DNA of 63,890 nt, filler included, from Bigelowiella natans CCMP2755 (taxonomy: Eukaryota; Protista; Cercozoa): the NCBI GenBank assembly GCA_000320545.1. It is 5 parts of 5 records of this genome, joined end to end, with 100 filler letters (N's around TTAATTAATTAA, not from the genome) between each part and the next. Parts side by side here need not be neighbours in the genome. Positions count along the whole stretch, not along the records: positions 1 to 21,749 come from ADNK01003020.1; 4 more parts are not named here. One strand, written 5' to 3'. Positions 1-11,681 of this stretch are shown here, in pieces. The notes under the pieces were generated by a model. That model was not told the origin of the DNA and did no database searches. It was given only the letters and a program-made list of their open reading frames with translations. Made by a program: the position numbers and the translations under genes. The number at the start of each line of letters is the position of its first letter. Positions within the stretch are counted from its first letter, which is position 1.

Positions 1-1238
1 TATGACCATTCGCAAGCAGGCCACCCAGGACCACGCGTATGCCAGCGTCCTGGGTGAACATTAAAGCCAATAATTTTCCCCAGTTCTTGGTGGAGTTGGG
101 CATTGAAGATAGCACGCAGATGATGAAGAAGTCTCCCAGTATCACAAGGAAGAGGACAAGGAGTCCAAACACGTCGTAGTATGAGTACCCATCATTTGTG
201 AGCAAGGGGTCTTCCAAAGACCTAACTCTGCCTCCGCACCACCCACCACCCCCCTTTTTGTTTACCATGGTATTTGCTACTGTGAAGTCTTTGTAGTTAG
301 TAGCACGAAGTACACCGACTGGATTAATGTCCAACTCCGCCTCATTCTTTGGTGAGAATTGTCCTACTTTTGCATCGCTTCCTCCCCTTTTATCAAGATC
401 ACGAAAATCCTGTGACAGCATTGTAAACGAAGAGCGATTCCAAACCATAGATTTACTTTTTAATAAGCTCAAATTCGACTTTCTTTCCTTGTTCTCCTCC
501 TTCTTCTTCTCCCAAGGTAGTTTGTTCTCCACGCCGCGTTTCACATCATCTCCAGTTTTACACGCCATGAGGGTAGACACTGCTGCAACCCGCTTGGATT
601 TCGACCTGCAATCTTCTTCACTTTGATCCCTGGTCCCATTGCTTTGTGCTAGTACAGCTTTGAAAAGCCTGTATGCTAAAATACTTGTATCCCCCCCTCT
701 CCTGAGAATATCTTGATTTTGATCATCGTCGTCGTCATCGTCTTCGTTCACGACTTCCTCTAGCAGAATTGCCATCACCAGCCCCATTGCCTGACCAATA
801 CACCCTTCTGCAGCCTCGTGTTTCGGATTGAGTTTGAGATGTTTTGGGATGTTCCTTTGGAAGACCCTCAGAGCAAACATCGGTAATGGAAGTGTGAAGA
901 TGACAGCAACTAGAGTTGTCGCAAGGTCATCATGTAAGAACGGTAAGCTTTGCCTCTGCCCAACTAGTAACATGAGAACTGTCATCGCGTTGAAAAGCAA
1001 AAGTACGAGGATTGTCGATCTCTTGACAGTATTCATCGAATCTCCAGGGTGATGGAAAAGAACTGCTGCCCATGGATGCTTGTGTCTGAGGCTCCAAAAC
1101 AATCTTTTCCTAAAGCTGCTGAACGACCGGTCTTTGAACCTTAGCAGACAACATCAGAAACATTACCCTCGAAGATGAAAGAATTACTAGGAGCCACCTT
1201 CAAATAGTGTATGAGAAACAACACCCAATACGCACGAA

Positions 1239-1275
<37 letters not shown>

Positions 1276-1319
1276 TTCTGTCTCCCTCTCGACACATACA
1301 CACACACACACACACACAG

Positions 1320-1351
<32 letters not shown>

Positions 1352-4300
1352 AGAACATATATGCATATATGCATTATATACTAAATATATTTATAAATCA
1401 GAAGTGATTTCCTGATCATTTACTAAATAGTGTGAAGGCTGTGATGATAAGTGCTTCTTTCTGAGGAAAACAAATTTAAAGAAGAAAAAGAATGAAAAAC
1501 CTCAGATGGAAGGAAGAGTTGTATTTAGCCCAGTACTCGTCGTTGCTAGAATCCTCCCTGCGCCAACTATCAAATTGAGTGCCGATGGCTAACACAATCA
1601 CCCATCCGACAACAATAGAAAAGCACACTGAGAAGGCGGGATTTGCGAATGAAAACGCTGGTAGTCTGACGTCCTTCTCTTCAAAGGTGTTGATGTTGAT
1701 GTCGATCTCGGTGGAAGTCGATGCTATGGAGAACACTGTGAGGTGTGTACTGGCGCAGATAACTTTCCTAGGGGAGTTGATGCTGTTATCACTACTCACA
1801 TTTTCCCTGAGAGTTTGGACACCCAATCCAGACCACTCTTTCTTATCCCAGAAGAAGCATGTTGGTACTTTCTCGATATTTCCATCACCTGTCGTTTCTC
1901 CCTCCTCATTTGGTAATTCACGCTCAAGTGGAATTTCTAGTCGGTATGGGCTACTTGCTGAGACGTTGTTCTGCTTCAGTTCTTCGCCGTTTGCAAAGAG
2001 ACTTGCGACAACGGTATATCCGGTTAGGGGTCCTGGGTAGACGCTACCTTTGCTGACAGTGGATACCACCACTCGAGTATCATTTATCCCAGGAGGGAGG
2101 ACGAGGCCGGATGATACCTGAAATGTAGACCCTAGTGTGGAATAATACCTAGATCCACCGAGGTCCTTGGGTGCTGGTTTATGGGCTATAATGCTAACTG
2201 CTCCCCGTTTCAGCTCAGAGGGGTCTTGACTTTCTTGGGCAATGCTTGCGATCCCCGCGCCAAGGCTCATCAGTGTCGGGCCAATCTCCTTTCCAAGCTC
2301 AATTTCTTCGTCCTTTTCGTTTTGACTTATAGCCTTTTCATTTTGCCTACTCCCTCTTGAGGACTTGAGAACATTATCGATGGCCTGCATCGCTGCCCCT
2401 GTTGTCCCTTCCGAAAAGCTGTTGTACTCGCTCTGAGCAATCGTCTTGAGCAGGGCAGCAGCCATCTTCCTCTTTCCAGAGGAAAGATACTTAGGCTCTG
2501 GGACCCTCGTGATTTGCTCAATTAGCCTCGCAGGTACATCAATGGAAGAAAAACTATCTCCTCCTCCCTCAACACTGGTCGTCATTAAATTTGACACTTT
2601 GTCCAAGAGGTCCCCTCTTGCTTGCTGTTGCTGTTGTACTTGAATAGCCGCGGCAGAAGCGCCATCAGTGCTCTGGCCACCTCCATCCCCCGTGCCGTTC
2701 AAAGTCACATTCGAATTCGAAATGAAGGCCGAGTTGTTGGTGTTCAATACTGCGGCAGCACCAGTGACCAGAACGGAGAAACTCTCCGTGTCGCCCTGTC
2801 TCAATCTTTCATCAATTTTCTGAAGATTCTCCTCGATGTTGAGCTCCTCGATGGTTACTTTGACAGACATGGGTGGTGCCTGAGTTCTAGCCCCTAGACT
2901 ATCGACTATAATAGGGACAACCGTAGCATTACCACCCCCTCCCTCCGTAGCGGGCAGCGTAGTATCTAGTGCTTCGATGCGGCGAAAGTCGCAGAGATCA
3001 GTCTTGACGCCATTATCGGTGTTTGGCAGCAGCTGATACTTGTACATCAAAGGTAGATCAGGGTCCTCCCAAAGCACACAGCGAAAGAGAAACACTGTTT
3101 TCATGGCCACCCCAGTCCGGGGAGACGCATGACACAAGCCAGAAGAGGGTGGGAGGTTGCTTGTCACGCTCACTATGGAGGACCCACTAAGATCTCCTCT
3201 CGAGGCCGTTACTTGGAATCTATATGTAACGCCGGGAACAGTAGCATAGGGGCTAAGTACCAGTGTTGGCTTTGTTAGGCTGGAGAGAATCGTACCATTT
3301 TCTCTTTCGAGAGAACGATGCCTCCTGTTTAGACACTTTCCAACTTCCCCATTTTTTAACTCTTTTTCCCTCCTCATTTGTTGATGTCTCTGCTCTGAGG
3401 ACGATGCGGTCGTTTGAGTTGTGTTTCAGCTGGCCATCAGCACTCACAAGGCTCTTCTGCCCGTGCCGCGACTACTGGTATGCTTCTATCAACAGTATAG
3501 ATCATCTGCCAATCTTCAACGCTTCTCATGGTTCCATCGGGATTCGGCGCCCCCTTGAGGTGACTCTGAGAGTATACCGCCTTGGAGCGAGCAGCATGTC
3601 TGTTGAGATTGAAATTCTCGAGCCGTTGCCCCTCAGCACACGTACAGTCTGAGTCTGGCTGTCCAGCAATTCCCAACGAAATGCAAGTCGGAGGTGAGGG
3701 AAACCTGGATCCTTCGAGGGCATTGCCTCAAATCCAAAAGTTCTTGACGCCAGCTGGGAAACGACAGGGATTTGGCGGATTTTCCCTCCTTTGATGATAA
3801 CCGTTAATGGGCTCGGGCTGACGTGTACCAGCTGAGTGATCCGAGTTTCTCCTATCAGCATCGGCGGTACATGTGAGAAGTCGTGTGTTGCCACGCGAAA
3901 ACTCCAAGCATACGGTCGGTTGGCTGGACTAAGCTTATTCTTCGGAACCACCAAACGCGTGCCTAAGACTGTTCTATTGGTGGACCCTCTGTGTTGCGCA
4001 ATCTCGACTAATTCGCCGTTGAGAGTGATGGAGTCGTTGTTCAGAGGCACCCACGTGCCAGTTGTCTGGTATGAGCCTTGTGTGCTGCCGTCACATGGTC
4101 TAGGGGGATTAATTACGCTACGAAGGATTAGCTCTGCCGTGTTAGTTATGCTTGTACTTGAGTCGGTGGACATCTGAACCTGCGGAGGGTTTGCGTTGAT
4201 GTTTTTCACCATGACCAGTGTTGCGTTGGCAGACTCTCCAAGGAAGTTGACAGCTGTGACGGAAAACACATGCCGTCCTTGTGAGAGGCTCCGCGACTCT

Positions 4301-7300
4301 AAGTGCATCTCGCTGGTATCAAGTGGGAGATTTTGGATGCGTGAAGACATATTTTGATTCAGCTCCCCAGTTTCTGCACTGACGTAGTCCCAATAATATT
4401 GTAGGGATCTGCCTCCTGAACCTGATGCGGTCGTAAAAATGTCCACATTGTCGCATCGCCCCACTAGTGCTGGGCCACTGATACCAACCTTTACTTTAAG
4501 GGGCTTTAGGGGCTGTTGTATCTTCATTGATGTCTCCGGCAGCATTTTTGTGAGGGTTGGATCTCCAAGAATGTCGCCGGTGATAAGGATGCTGTCCCCC
4601 ACCCCAAGACGTGCAAAAGATCCAAAAAGAATCTTCATAACGTTGGTCTCCTCCCATATGCACTCATAGCCTGTTCCAAGCAATGATAGCGAAGATATAT
4701 CGAACATTTTATTGCAGCTGGGTTTATTTGTTGGGGCACTAAAAATCAGAGTGACTGCTGTAAGAGAATCCTCAAACCTAAGATGAAATACAAGATTAAT
4801 GTGCCAAGAATGTCCACATTCGCATCTCTATGTGAAAGTGGCAGCATGTAAAGCTTTCGTGCATATTTTTGAATGATAACCAAAAGTGTACCACCATCGC
4901 ATGGTCGAATAGTGCTTCGTAAAGTGAGAACAAACCTTGCATTGGTTGGAATAGGAAGGAATGTCACCGCTGGAGCCTCAGGACTTGAAGCTAGGGATAG
5001 GTCATAAGAAGTTAAGAAGATGAAGACGCTTATTCACAATAGGGGACGTCATCATGATCATCATCCTCATTATCATCATGCTGACTAAGTACGATTTTCA
5101 TTCATATGCTAATCTCATCTCTCTTCTTCTCTGGCTTCTTCACCGGTAGGAGCTACGACGAATTCTGGAACAAATCCCAACGTTGGGCAATTCGTTGGCA
5201 GCAATGTGGATGGAGAGCTGCTTGAGGGGCTGGCACTTGGCGCCAGAGTAACCGGGGATGCCGTTGGGGATACCGACGGGGATTTACTAAACGGACTAAG
5301 AGTCGATGGCTGCAAAGTAACTGGCGCATCAGTGCTTGGTGCTGTTGTTGCTGGACACATGGATGATGGAGACTTTGATGGTGCAACAGTTGGAGAGTTT
5401 GATGATGGTGAGGATGTCGGACAGGAAGTGGGACTCAGGGTGGAGCTTGTTGGCGATGCCGAGGGTGCAAACGATGGGGATGATGATGATGGTGAGGATG
5501 TCGGACAGGAAGTGGGACTTGGGGTGGAGATTGTTGGCGATGCCGAGGGTGTGGATGATGGGGATGATGATGATGGTGAGGATGTCGGACAGGAAGTGGG
5601 ACTTGGGGTGGAGACTGTTGGCGACGCCGAGGGTGCAAATGATGGGGATGATGATGATGGTGAGGATGTCGGACAGGAAGTGGGACTCAGGGTGGAGATT
5701 GTTGGCGATGATGATGGTGAGAGAGTTGCGCCATTTTGCTGTTGGTGCGGCTGTGGAGATTTTGGGGGATGATGATGGCGCTGATGAGGGTGACGATGAT
5801 GGCATGGATGAAGGGGATGACGATGGTGAGGATGTCGGACAGGAAGTGGGACTCAGGGTGGAGCTTGTTGGCGATGCCGAGGGTGCAAACGATGGGGATG
5901 ATGATGATGGTGAGGATGTCGGACAGGAAGTGGGACTTGGGGTGGAGACTGTTGGCGACGCCGAGGGTGTGGATGATGGGGACGATGATGGTGAGGATGT
6001 CGGACAGAAGGTAGGACTCAAGGTGGCAGGATGCGATGATGGACTAGACGCAGGACTTGAGCCAGGGTGCGAAGCTGGGCTAGAGCCAGGGTAAGATCCA
6101 GGATACGAAGCTGGGCTTGAGCCAGGGTGAGATCCAGGATGCGAAGCAGGATACATAGCTGGGCTTGAGCCTGGGTACGAAGCTGGGCTAGAGCCAGGGT
6201 AAGATCCAGGATACGAAGCTGGGCTTGAGCCAGGGTAAGAGCCAGGATACATAGCTGGGCTTGAGCCTGGGTACGAAGCTGGGCTAGAGCCAGGGTAAGA
6301 TCCAGGATACGAAGCTGGGCTAGAGCCAGGGTAAGAGCCAGGGTACGAAGCTGGGCTTGAGCCAGGATACGAAGCTGGGCTAGAGCCAGGGTAAGGTCCA
6401 GGATATGAAGCTGGGCTTGAGCCAGGGTGAGATCCAGGATACGAAGCTGGGCTTGAGCCAGGGTGAGAGCCAGGATACGAAGCTGGGCTTGAGCCTGGGT
6501 AAGGTCCAGGATATGAAGCTGGGCTTGAGCCAGGGTAAGATCCAGGATACGAAGCTGGGCTAGAGCCAGGGTAAGAGCCAGGATACGAAGCTGGGCTAGA
6601 GCCAGGGTAAGGTCCAGGATATGAAGCTGGGCTTGAGCCAGGGTAAGATCCAGGATACGAAGCTGGGCTAGAGCCAGGGTAAGAGCCAGGATACGAAGCT
6701 GGGCTAGAGCCAGGGTAAGGTCCAGGATATGAAGCTGGGCTTGAGCCAGGGTAAGAGCCAGGGTACGAAGCTGGGCTTGAGCCAGGATACGAAGCTGGGC
6801 TAGAGCCAGGGTAAGGTCCAGGATATGAAGCTGGGCTTGAGCCAGGGTAAGATCCAGGATACGAAGCTGGGCTAGAGCCAGGGTAAGAGCCAGGATACGA
6901 AGCTGGGCTAGAGCCAGGGTAAGGTCCAGGATATGAAGCTGGGCTTGAGCCAGGGTAAGATCCAGGGTGGAATCCTGGGCTAAAAACAGGGCTAGAACCA
7001 GGATGCGATGATGGGCTAGACGCAGGACTTGAGACAGGGTGGAATACTGGGCTAGATGAAGGCGAAAATGACGGTGGGGGTGTAGGATATCTAGTCGGTT
7101 GGCGTGTTGGAAAGCGAGTCGGTAAGGGTGTTGGAAAGCGAGTCGGTAAGGGTGTTGGATAAGGAGTCATTAAGGGTGTTGGAAAAGTGGTAGGTTCGCG
7201 TGTTGGATAACGAGTCGGTTCATGGGTCGGCCCTTGTGTAGCAAACATCTGAAGACGAGTAGTATCTGTTCTTCTCTCCTCTGGTTGCTGCCGCCCTGAT

Positions 7301-7469
7301 TCTAGGCCGACGGCACTCGGGCTAAATGGAAACACAATTAGTGAGATGGAAAACAAATGCGCTCATTTGTTGCCTACCATGCATAGAGAGCTGCCAAAAT
7401 TTGCACGAAACTCAGAAGTTGCGAAGGAAGCCGAGATGGAGGTCTCCATCTGTCAGTCCTTCCGCCCAT
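1..7469 (-). CDS. Polycystin-1/PKDREJ-like protein: signal peptide, Pro/Ser/Tyr repeats, REJ/PKD modules, GPS site, multiple TM helices; multi-exon, 3' end runs off window
   Basis: ATG at 7469 (MGGRTDRW...LLSFVQILAALYA). REJ-like ORFs 3526-4707 and 1476-3377. GPS motif CFFWDKKEWSGLGV...CASTHL/TVFS followed by a TM helix. Exon below 1140 reads LRHKHPWAAVLFHHPGDSMNTVKRSTILVLLLF, typical of polycystin-like proteins. About four apparent 1-nt frameshifts. Confidence 0.85.
5400..6040 (-). repeat. Coding tandem repeat encoding (TLSPTSCPTSSPSSSPS)-type mucin-like units
   Basis: Repeated gatggtgaggatgtcggacaggaagtgggact units on the + strand. Confidence 0.9.
6051..6965 (-). repeat. Coding tandem repeat encoding (PGSSPASYPGSY)n
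   Basis: 12-nt modules such as gaagctgggcta and gagccagggtaa repeated for about 900 bp; visible in ORF 5329-7356. Confidence 0.95.
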
Positions 7470-8420
7470 AGGGGGGCGGTTCAACGCAAAAATGAAATGA
7501 AATGATGTATGGTATTTTGTGCAATCGACGTTACACTAGAATTCAGATTTTCTTACGACCAAGGACATTTCCAGTCCTGTAAGATCTGAGGAGATTTATT
7601 GATGATTTGACGTTATTCTTGACGATATCGCATCAAAGGACTCTTCACGTACCGGTAGACTATGTTCAGAGTGAGTGATCAATGTAGTCTTAAAACCTAA
7701 AATGGCCAAACTGGCTTTCTTCTGGTTGTACCGGGTAGTGTCACCCTTCGAGTCGCTTCGGAGAATATACTATGTGCTTGAATCTCTGGAAATCTCTCGA
7801 GGCAGTACAGCAACTGCTCCTAACACGATCAGACTTCCCACTCTCCCCGCCTTAGCAATGTTCCCGTTCCATGCTGCTATGTTATCTAGTAGCGGTGGGA
7901 TCCACTATGGGACTGCGAGGGGAATGGCAATAATGTATGCAACTTTCCACATCGTCAGCGGGAGAGCCCTTCTCTTCCTCCTCCCCCTCCTCGCCTTTGG
8001 TTTCGAAGGGATTTAATCTGGCACCGATAGAAAGGCGAAGCGGGGAGAGCCTCTCTTTTGAGGATTTCATGAGGAATTATCATATGAAGGTATCAACTAT
8101 TAAGGATAGATAGTCGATGGGTTGAATAAAAATGTCTTATTCCTCTGACTACCTTCATTGTGCTTTTTCTTCTTCTTCTTCGTCTTCTTCTTCGATCCTT
8201 CTTCTTCTTCCTCTTCGATCCTTCCTCTTCCTCTTCGATACTTTTACTTCTGTGTTGGTGGTGCACAAATATTATCATTAAGGATAAGCCTGTCATCATT
8301 ACGAATTACACAGATGCTTGGATAGTGAGAAGGCGGAGTCTAGAACGCTTCGAATCACCTGCGAGCACGATTCGCACCCCCGTACACGAGCCGATCTCCA
8401 AAGGGCACAGTAATTGAAGG

Positions 8421-9129
8421 ATGACTTCACTTTTTTGGTCCAATTCGAGCCTACGAGTAGGATCCCGAAGCCAAAATTCCAAGAAGAAGTATAATGGTGA
8501 ATGTGGATTTTGAATTACTGTTCCACAACTCGAATGTTGTTTCCACTGCATGCTTAATCCTGTCTGCAATTGTAGGGAAACTCCTCATTAAAGCCGCCTT
8601 AAAAGGGAACATCGACTATGTAGAGAAGTGCATTGCAGAGGTGTTATTTAATATATCTTTGAAAATTGTGAAAAAATCGATTCTCTCTAATGCTGAGTGT
8701 GCTTGTCAAAGGAGGTTGACCCCAATTATGAGGATGATTTATTCGGAGAAACTGCAATAATAAAAGCATCAAGGAAGTGAAAACTCCAGATAGTCAAATG
8801 CCTCGGTTTGTGAATATTGTAAAGGATGCAAAACGGAAAGATTCAGTGGTTTTGTACGGTTTTTAGACGTGGACGCTACTAATTAGAATGTTCTCATCAT
8901 GTCCATGTGTTCCCTTCTCGAGGATGGTAGAAGGGTATAAAATAACCCGACTCCTTTTTCTCGAAAACTTTTAAGTGTAACAATGGTAAGTTAAATTCAA
9001 ATATGAACAACCTTTTGCAGTCGAGAAGGGCAATGCGAATGCCAATGCCAAGAGAGATGATGGCATGACGGCGCTATTTCTGGCCGCTGGTACCAATCGG
9101 CTCGAAATGTGCGAGTACCTCATCAGCGC
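8421..9129 (+). pseudogene. Ankyrin-repeat gene with an in-frame TGA and an insertion at its 3' end
   Basis: Spliced exons read GKLLIKAALKGNIDYVEKCIAE / VDPNYEDDLFGETAIIKASRK*KLQIVKCL / EKGNANANAKRDDGMTALFLAAGTNRLEMCEYLISA. TGA at 8778-8780 sits where the ankyrin consensus has Gly. Confidence 0.8.
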
Positions 9130-9630
9130 GTGTAGACCGTCTACGACATGTGCATCACCTACTTCACATGTGCCTACAACCACATGTGTGCCACACTGTT
9201 TGGTGCACGTGTGGACATGAACGCAGAGCACATGTGCTTTCCAAGTGCATGTGGTGTGCATGGGCACATGTGTTTCTCACGCGCACACGCATGGGGACTG
9301 TGAGTCCGCATGGCAAAGGCAGATCCACTGGCCCAAAGAAACCACGATGGAAAGTGGGCAAGTGTGCACTGCTTGTTGTCATTTGAAAAGGCAACACACG
9401 CACAGAGGCTGCCCAGACATTGCAGACATCGTAGCCGCTGCTTTGCACAGCTACATCAGGGTGACCATTGAAAAGATTCAATCACTTCATTGCATCCGTC
9501 TCACATGTGCATCTCTGCACGGCGGCCGTTTTGTGCAACATGTTAGCCGGAATTGTGAGACGGATGCAATGAACAAATTGCAATTCCTTCAATTGTCACC
9601 CTGATGTAGCTGTGCAAAGCAGCGGCTACA
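9130..9630. mobile_element. Non-autonomous DNA transposon/MITE-like insertion with TGTAG...CTACA ends and a nested ~42-bp inverted repeat
   Basis: GCGC direct repeat at 9126-9129 and 9631-9634; removing the insert restores ATC AGC GCT TAA. Segment 9431-9472 (gtagccgctgctttgcacagctacatcagggtgaccattgaa) is inverted at ~9588-9629 with one mismatch. Confidence 0.75.
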
Positions 9631-9659
9631 GCGCTTAATCGCACGTGGCTCATTGGTAA

Positions 9660-11012
9660 CTACTCGTTCTTAACGACAAAGCGTCTCACGCTGCCATTAG
9701 CAAAACAGAGCCACAGATCCATCCCAAACGCTGACCAGCCCATGCCTGTACAAGCCACGTTGCTGCTAATGTCCTGAATTATTTCTTTCTTTTCCAGATC
9801 AAATATCCTCACCCCTCGTTCTCCTCCCATCGCAACCCAGTACCGCATAGGATTGAATTGGACGGAATTGAGTGGTTTGATGCACAGCAGCGAGAACAAA
9901 CTCGCGTTGTTCGAAAGATCCACAAAATTGCAATTTGTTTCTCCCGCCATAGTCAATAATGCCCCATCTGGAGAAATGTCCATGCATCTTATACACTCCA
10001 ATTCCTTTCCACTGTTGATGGTCGAGAGCTTTGATTCATCAAACTTCCATCTGAAGGCCTTTCCATCCGCCGACCCGATGATTAAGTTGTCCCCATTGCT
10101 TGGGTTGAAAATGCAAACGCGGCCGTTGCTCAGACTCTGTGTTCCTTTTTCTTCTCCAAGCGTGTTCAAAATGCGTGCCGTGTCGTCATGAACGCACGCG
10201 ATTTTCCTCATTTCAGGGCAAACCGCGATTGATTGTACGGGTTTATCGCTTGAACCCTTCTTCTGCCAAACCAATTTTAAGTTTTTAATTAGAGAACAGG
10301 ATCCATCGTTGTGACCGATGAAGTAGAAAGTCGCATTGGAAGTTCTACACGTGGCCATGCAAGTTGGTTTGATTTTCCCAGTGACCTCGTTGGTGGAGAT
10401 CTTAGTCTCCTTTCCGCTTTCGAACGTGGAGACGCCGCCTGCGTGCAGGCAAGCTGTAGAAGTAGAGTGCGGAAAAATATAAATCGCTGGATGCGGGCAC
10501 TCGTATTTCTCTGTGGACAGTTCGAGGGCAGACCCCTTGATGATTTTAAGTTGGAGCAGCTCCTTCGTGGCAGAAGTGACTAAGCATGTCCACGTGAGGC
10601 CTTCCACCTGTCGAATGAACTGTGCCACATGACCTGGTTTTACCATGGGGAGAGCATTTCGAATAGCTGTCCTACACTCCTGTGAACTTTGGGCAAGGAG
10701 AGTTTCGAAGGTACCTGCCTTCTTCCCTTCCGCCTCCGCGACCCCAGATTTCTCCAGCATGGCGTTAAATAGCTTCAACTTGCTCAGAGGGGTGGAGGTC
10801 TCCTTGGAAAGGATCAGCCCTCCAACAGTAATCTTGTACTCATATCCGGTGGGGAGTATAGCGTCGAGGAGCTCTGAGAACGTCGACGCCTTCCCGGGTG
10901 CAAGTTTAATCTCTACCTCCTCCCCGCATTTTTGCGGGAAGCTCTCGTCCAAGTTTTTATCAATGTCAAACCTGGCCTTGAAGCATCTTTGGCCTGATGG
11001 TGGTTGGGACAT
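9660..11012 (-). CDS. Intronless WD40-repeat protein with RACK1-like C-terminal blades
   Basis: 450-aa ORF. FNPMRYWVAMGGERGVRIFDLEKKEII and CTGMGWSAFGMDLWLCFANGSVRRF resemble the last two RACK1 blades. Confidence 0.8.
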   Translation of the reverse strand: MSQPPSGQRCFKARFDIDKNLDESFPQKCGEEVEIKLAPGKASTFSELLDAILPTGYEYKITVGGLILSKETSTPLSKLKLFNAMLEKSGVAEAEGKKAGTFETLLAQSSQECRTAIRNALPMVKPGHVAQFIRQVEGLTWTCLVTSATKELLQLKIIKGSALELSTEKYECPHPAIYIFPHSTSTACLHAGGVSTFESGKETKISTNEVTGKIKPTCMATCRTSNATFYFIGHNDGSCSLIKNLKLVWQKKGSSDKPVQSIAVCPEMRKIACVHDDTARILNTLGEEKGTQSLSNGRVCIFNPSNGDNLIIGSADGKAFRWKFDESKLSTINSGKELECIRCMDISPDGALLTMAGETNCNFVDLSNNASLFSLLCIKPLNSVQFNPMRYWVAMGGERGVRIFDLEKKEIIQDISSNVACTGMGWSAFGMDLWLCFANGSVRRFVVKNE

Positions 11013-11681
11013 CTACAATGAACTAGCTGATGTTGAAGATATCGCCGCAGGCACCTCGTTTCCTCCTCTCCTTCTGCTCCTCCTCCCTCCTCCCTGTACT
11101 TGATATCTTTTCTCTTATCGGAACAATAAACAACAATAATGATGTTGGAAAATCTGAAGATAGACCATTTTTCATCAACGACTTAACACATAATGCATGG
11201 ATTGTGCGTCACTCAATTGGCCTGGGTAAAACGACTCGTAATTCTAGGAAAAACCTCAAACAAGGCCATTTCTGAAAACTTACGCCAAGTTCACACGGAA
11301 AATTTTAAAAGCGACCTTCGAAGCTATCTCTGGAGCTAGATCTATCCTTAAGTACTGGGAAGTCAAGGATGCGACTAGAATAATTAACTGGGCACCGGTT
11401 CATCGCGATGTGTTTTGCCCAAAATGCAAATCAAAGTTGGTCACCGAATTTTTAATTGGGTTTAACTCCATTCTTTTCCTCTTATTTTTTAATGTCGCAT
11501 GTTGTTTTGGGAGATCATTTACCGGTAAAACACGCTTTTGCACGATGAATAAATAAAATAAAAGAAAATAAATTAAAGTTACTCTGCTCAATTTTATCGG
11601 GCAACCTCAACGAGGATTCAAATTTAAATTCCCTCTCGCCCTCCACCTACTCTCTAGACTTTCAGAGCAGAAAAGAGGAAC

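Noticed and set aside
5206-6094. Plus-strand Asp/Gly- and Met-rich ORFs
   Set aside because: Antisense shadows of the Pro/Ser/Thr repeat.
6051-6965. RNA polymerase II CTD-like repeats
   Set aside because: The period is 4/8/12 aa rather than the YSPTSPS heptad, and it lies after a signal peptide in a REJ/GPS protein.
8778-8780. In-frame TGA as evidence of a variant genetic code or selenocysteine
   Set aside because: TGA terminates other genes here, and the position is a consensus Gly, so a GGA-to-TGA nonsense change or sequencing error is simpler.
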